64,000 bases of DNA, taken from contig CAMDUE010000006.1 in assembly GCA_945877575.1 (NCBI GenBank), positions 32,767-96,766 of the forward strand, written 5' to 3'. This document shows, piece by piece, positions 61,477 to 64,000 of this stretch (within the stretch, counting starts at the first letter, position 1; the number at the start of each line of letters is the position of its first letter). Under the pieces are notes generated by a model, which did not search any database, had not been told where the DNA came from, and was given only the letters and a program-made list of their open reading frames with translations. The position numbers and the translations under genes were made by a program. The stretch comes from Chitinophaga pinensis (lineage in GTDB: Bacteria > Bacteroidota > Bacteroidia > NS11-12g > UBA955).

Positions 61477-63657
61477 TTATTGTTTTATTAATACATAGGA
61501 AGCATTTTTGTCTGAACCTGTCAATCGTATGTAATAGGTGCCGGTTGCAATATCTCCTACATATAAAGCCTCTTCCGCTTGAATTTCTTTAGTTAAAATG
61601 ATTTGTCCCAAAGAATTAAGCAATTCAATCTTCAATGCTTCGCTGTTATTAAAAGTGATGTTATCGAAGGCTGGATTGGGTTGTGGTTGCCACAATTTAG
61701 ATTCTAAATCTTGGTTTGAAGCTTTTCCGCAATATACTCCCACAACCTTAGTAATTGATGTATCACACTTATTGCAAGTATCAATCATGATCAATTTAAC
61801 CATATAAGCACCCCAAGCTGGGAATTTATAATCAACCACTCTTGATGTTTTTACCGTGCTCGATCCTTCAATATACCACTTGTACTTTACACAGCCATTG
61901 GCAAAATAAGGAGCTTCAAAAATCTTAACACAGGAGTCTTTTGCTGATGTGCCTACTCCAAAATCTTTGCCTTGCAGGCTGCATTTATTTATTGGGGTAG
62001 TGTCTGTGCAATTCACATAAACCGTTTTACAAATCCAAGTGTCACAATTCAAACACTCATTTTTCGCCCAGAAGCAAACATTGTAGTAGCCGTTTTCTTT
62101 AAAAGTATAGGTGTGATTGGTTCCAGTTTCAAAATAGATCATGGTGTTACCGCTCACAATTTTCATTTTCTGAACAATGCACGAATCTTTGGGTAGTGTA
62201 GATTCAAAACTGTATGTTTTGCATTTATTGCCATAGACAAAATTAAATTTGCTCCAATCGCATTTGGTGGTTTTAATACAATCGGTTGACCATGTGGTGC
62301 AAATAGTAGTATCGCAACCAGTACACAAATTCTTAAAGTTCAAACAAATGGAATACTTGCCATTTTGAGTCATGGTGTATTCATAATATCTTGAATTGTT
62401 TGCCAAAGGCTTGATGGTTGTGTTGTTTACAACCGCGGTAAACTGGAAACAAGAATCATCAAATGCATTAATGCCAATTTTTAATTTAGGGCAAGTGGTC
62501 ATTGCCACCTTGAAGCCCATATTGGTTGGCCAGGTGCATTTGGGTTTTGAAAGGCACTCAACTACGGCATATTTCCAAATGGTGGTGTCGCATCCTGTGC
62601 ACTTGTTTACATATCTAAATCCAAACGGATAACTGCCGTTTTTAGTAACTCTGGTTGACCATCCCCGCTTATTTTCAATCAGGGTATTGCCCCAATAAAA
62701 ATCAATACGGATGCAAGTATCTTTAATAGCAGTGGCTTCCATTACTATTTTACCACACGAATCTTTTACATTGGCATAACTTGTGTTTAACTGGTAATTT
62801 GACCAAGTGCAAGACTTAGGAAGACAATCATTGTAAACTACTCCACAAATGGTGGTATCGCATTGCAAACAAGAATTGTAGGCAATCAAGCAATAATTTT
62901 GAGAATCTTTTGTGCTGAATTTATGGTCAATAACGTTGCCTTTGTATTTGGTGTTATCTAGAACCCAATAGTATGAAATACAAGAATCTGAAGGTCCTGC
63001 TTCAAATCTAAATGCATTGCATTTGTTGGTGATGTTAATTTTTGTTTTACTCCAATCGCATTTTTTGGTTTGAGTAGAACACTTAACAGTGATGGTTTCG
63101 CAAACTGTTTTTGTGCAACTTGTAGTGCTATTTAAGGTCCATTTCACCGTAACGCAGGTTTTGTAAGAACCATCTTTTGTATAAGTTTGGGTAGGATCAG
63201 CGTTGCTTGAAGTTGAACCATTTCCAAAATCCCAACTGTAGCTGTATTTCAAGCTGGAATTTGCACTGTTTTTGGGGGTTACATTAAACTTATATTTGCC
63301 GCAGGTTGCAGTGTCTTTAGTTACAGACATTACCACTTTCGTTGTATCACACGGACAAGCAACCACTTTTATTTGTTGACAAATGGTAGTGTCCCATTTT
63401 TTACAATTGTTTACTACTTTCATACACAGGGTATAGGTGCCGGCGGTAGAGAAGGTGTGTTTTAAACTACTGGTTTTACCAATAACCGTATTGCTTACTG
63501 ACCATGATATGCTCTCGCAACTATCATAATAATAGGGGCTTGCATAAACGGTTAAGCACTGAGTTTGAGTTGAAAAACCAACCTTAGACTGAGCCGAAGA
63601 AGTACCTACAAATAATAGTGATAAGGACAATGACAAAATGCGTAGCAATGATTTCAT
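61477..63657 (-). CDS. Modular Cys-rich secreted protein with about 7 PKD-like repeats and a T9SS type-A C-terminal sorting domain
   Basis: Signal peptide MKSLLRILSLSLSLLFVGTSSAQ (start 63657) and a PKD signature WDFGNGSTS. The module ending C-x2-CDT(T/W)IC recurs six times, and a seventh module carries the variant ending CTKTVCETITVKC. C-terminal PNPAFDNITF...GTYYIRL. Confidence 0.7.
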   Translation of the reverse strand: MKSLLRILSLSLSLLFVGTSSAQSKVGFSTQTQCLTVYASPYYYDSCESISWSVSNTVIGKTSSLKHTFSTAGTYTLCMKVVNNCKKWDTTICQQIKVVACPCDTTKVVMSVTKDTATCGKYKFNVTPKNSANSSLKYSYSWDFGNGSTSSNADPTQTYTKDGSYKTCVTVKWTLNSTTSCTKTVCETITVKCSTQTKKCDWSKTKINITNKCNAFRFEAGPSDSCISYYWVLDNTKYKGNVIDHKFSTKDSQNYCLIAYNSCLQCDTTICGVVYNDCLPKSCTWSNYQLNTSYANVKDSCGKIVMEATAIKDTCIRIDFYWGNTLIENKRGWSTRVTKNGSYPFGFRYVNKCTGCDTTIWKYAVVECLSKPKCTWPTNMGFKVAMTTCPKLKIGINAFDDSCFQFTAVVNNTTIKPLANNSRYYEYTMTQNGKYSICLNFKNLCTGCDTTICTTWSTDCIKTTKCDWSKFNFVYGNKCKTYSFESTLPKDSCIVQKMKIVSGNTMIYFETGTNHTYTFKENGYYNVCFWAKNECLNCDTWICKTVYVNCTDTTPINKCSLQGKDFGVGTSAKDSCVKIFEAPYFANGCVKYKWYIEGSSTVKTSRVVDYKFPAWGAYMVKLIMIDTCNKCDTSITKVVGVYCGKASNQDLESKLWQPQPNPAFDNITFNNSEALKIELLNSLGQIILTKEIQAEEALYVGDIATGTYYIRLTGSDKNASYVLIKQ

Positions 63658-63745
63658 GGATTTTGTGTTTAGTTTATTTGTTCTACAAAAATATGATATT
63701 TGACGTTTAAAAGTGAATTTTCGTTGTATTGGAACTGTAAAAAAA

Positions 63746-64000
63746 TCAATCAATTAACATCAATTCTGAAATTATATAATCGGATATAAGTTTTCCATCA
63801 TTTGTAAGGGATATGGATTCTTCGAATTCTGTAATCCAACCGTTTTGAGCCGCGGTTTTTAAAAAAGGAATATTACTGGATTTGAATGTTTCAGCCCATA
63901 TGCCTAATTCGCTTAATTGAAGTCCTTCTTTGGTTCTCAATTTGGTCATAATGAGTTCGTTACAACGCTCAATCAAGCTTAGGTTCTCGAATTCTACCGA
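63746..64000 (-). CDS. 3' part of a radical-SAM HemN/HemW-family gene (HemN_C domain), truncated by the window edge
   Basis: The C-terminal sequence LIMTKLRTKEGL...LTNDGKLISDYIISEL resembles the HemN_C domain. The frame stays open to position 64000. Confidence 0.55.
   Translation of the reverse strand, partial: SVEFENLSLIERCNELIMTKLRTKEGLQLSELGIWAETFKSSNIPFLKTAAQNGWITEFEESISLTNDGKLISDYIISELMLID

Overview
This 64-kb chromosomal segment comes from a low-GC Bacteroidota genome, probably Flavobacteriia-like. The assignment rests on T9SS C-terminal sorting domains, TAnnTTTG-type promoter boxes, many lipoproteins and TonB-dependent receptors. Gene content is mostly housekeeping. It includes a CzcA/TolC heavy-metal RND efflux operon, hisS, a HAL-type ammonia-lyase, engB, ubiE, tgt, an LptF/G permease, rlmI-like, Nif3 plus a zinc-ribbon partner, and panB. 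It also includes dnaK, fsa, queD-folE, one tRNA-His, Glu and Leu dehydrogenases, psd, a stand-alone MetH homocysteine-binding domain, recJ, pntAA/AB/B, pyrD, purH and secA. There are two TonB-dependent-type receptors and two T9SS cargo proteins. I see no transposase, integrase, CRISPR array, rRNA or recognisable defence or toxin-antitoxin module. The feature least explained by ordinary annotation is a family of four GC-rich intergenic arrays at about 10.1, 19.7, 23.9 and 27.8 kb. They are built entirely of degenerate heptanucleotide units kept in an unbroken 7-bp register, 120 units in total. They share a unit vocabulary, block order and exact 10-mer cores, all sit at gene 3' ends, and contain long (C3N4)n / (G3N4)n tracts. 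Secondary curiosities:
- a tRNA-His-proximal operon led by an orphan AAA+ ATPase with a large uncharacterised N-terminal region;
- a small secreted Cys/Lys-rich repeat protein with KACCKK motifs;
- a 7-module Cys-rich T9SS protein.
All functional calls are made by eye from motifs in the supplied translations; no database search was possible.
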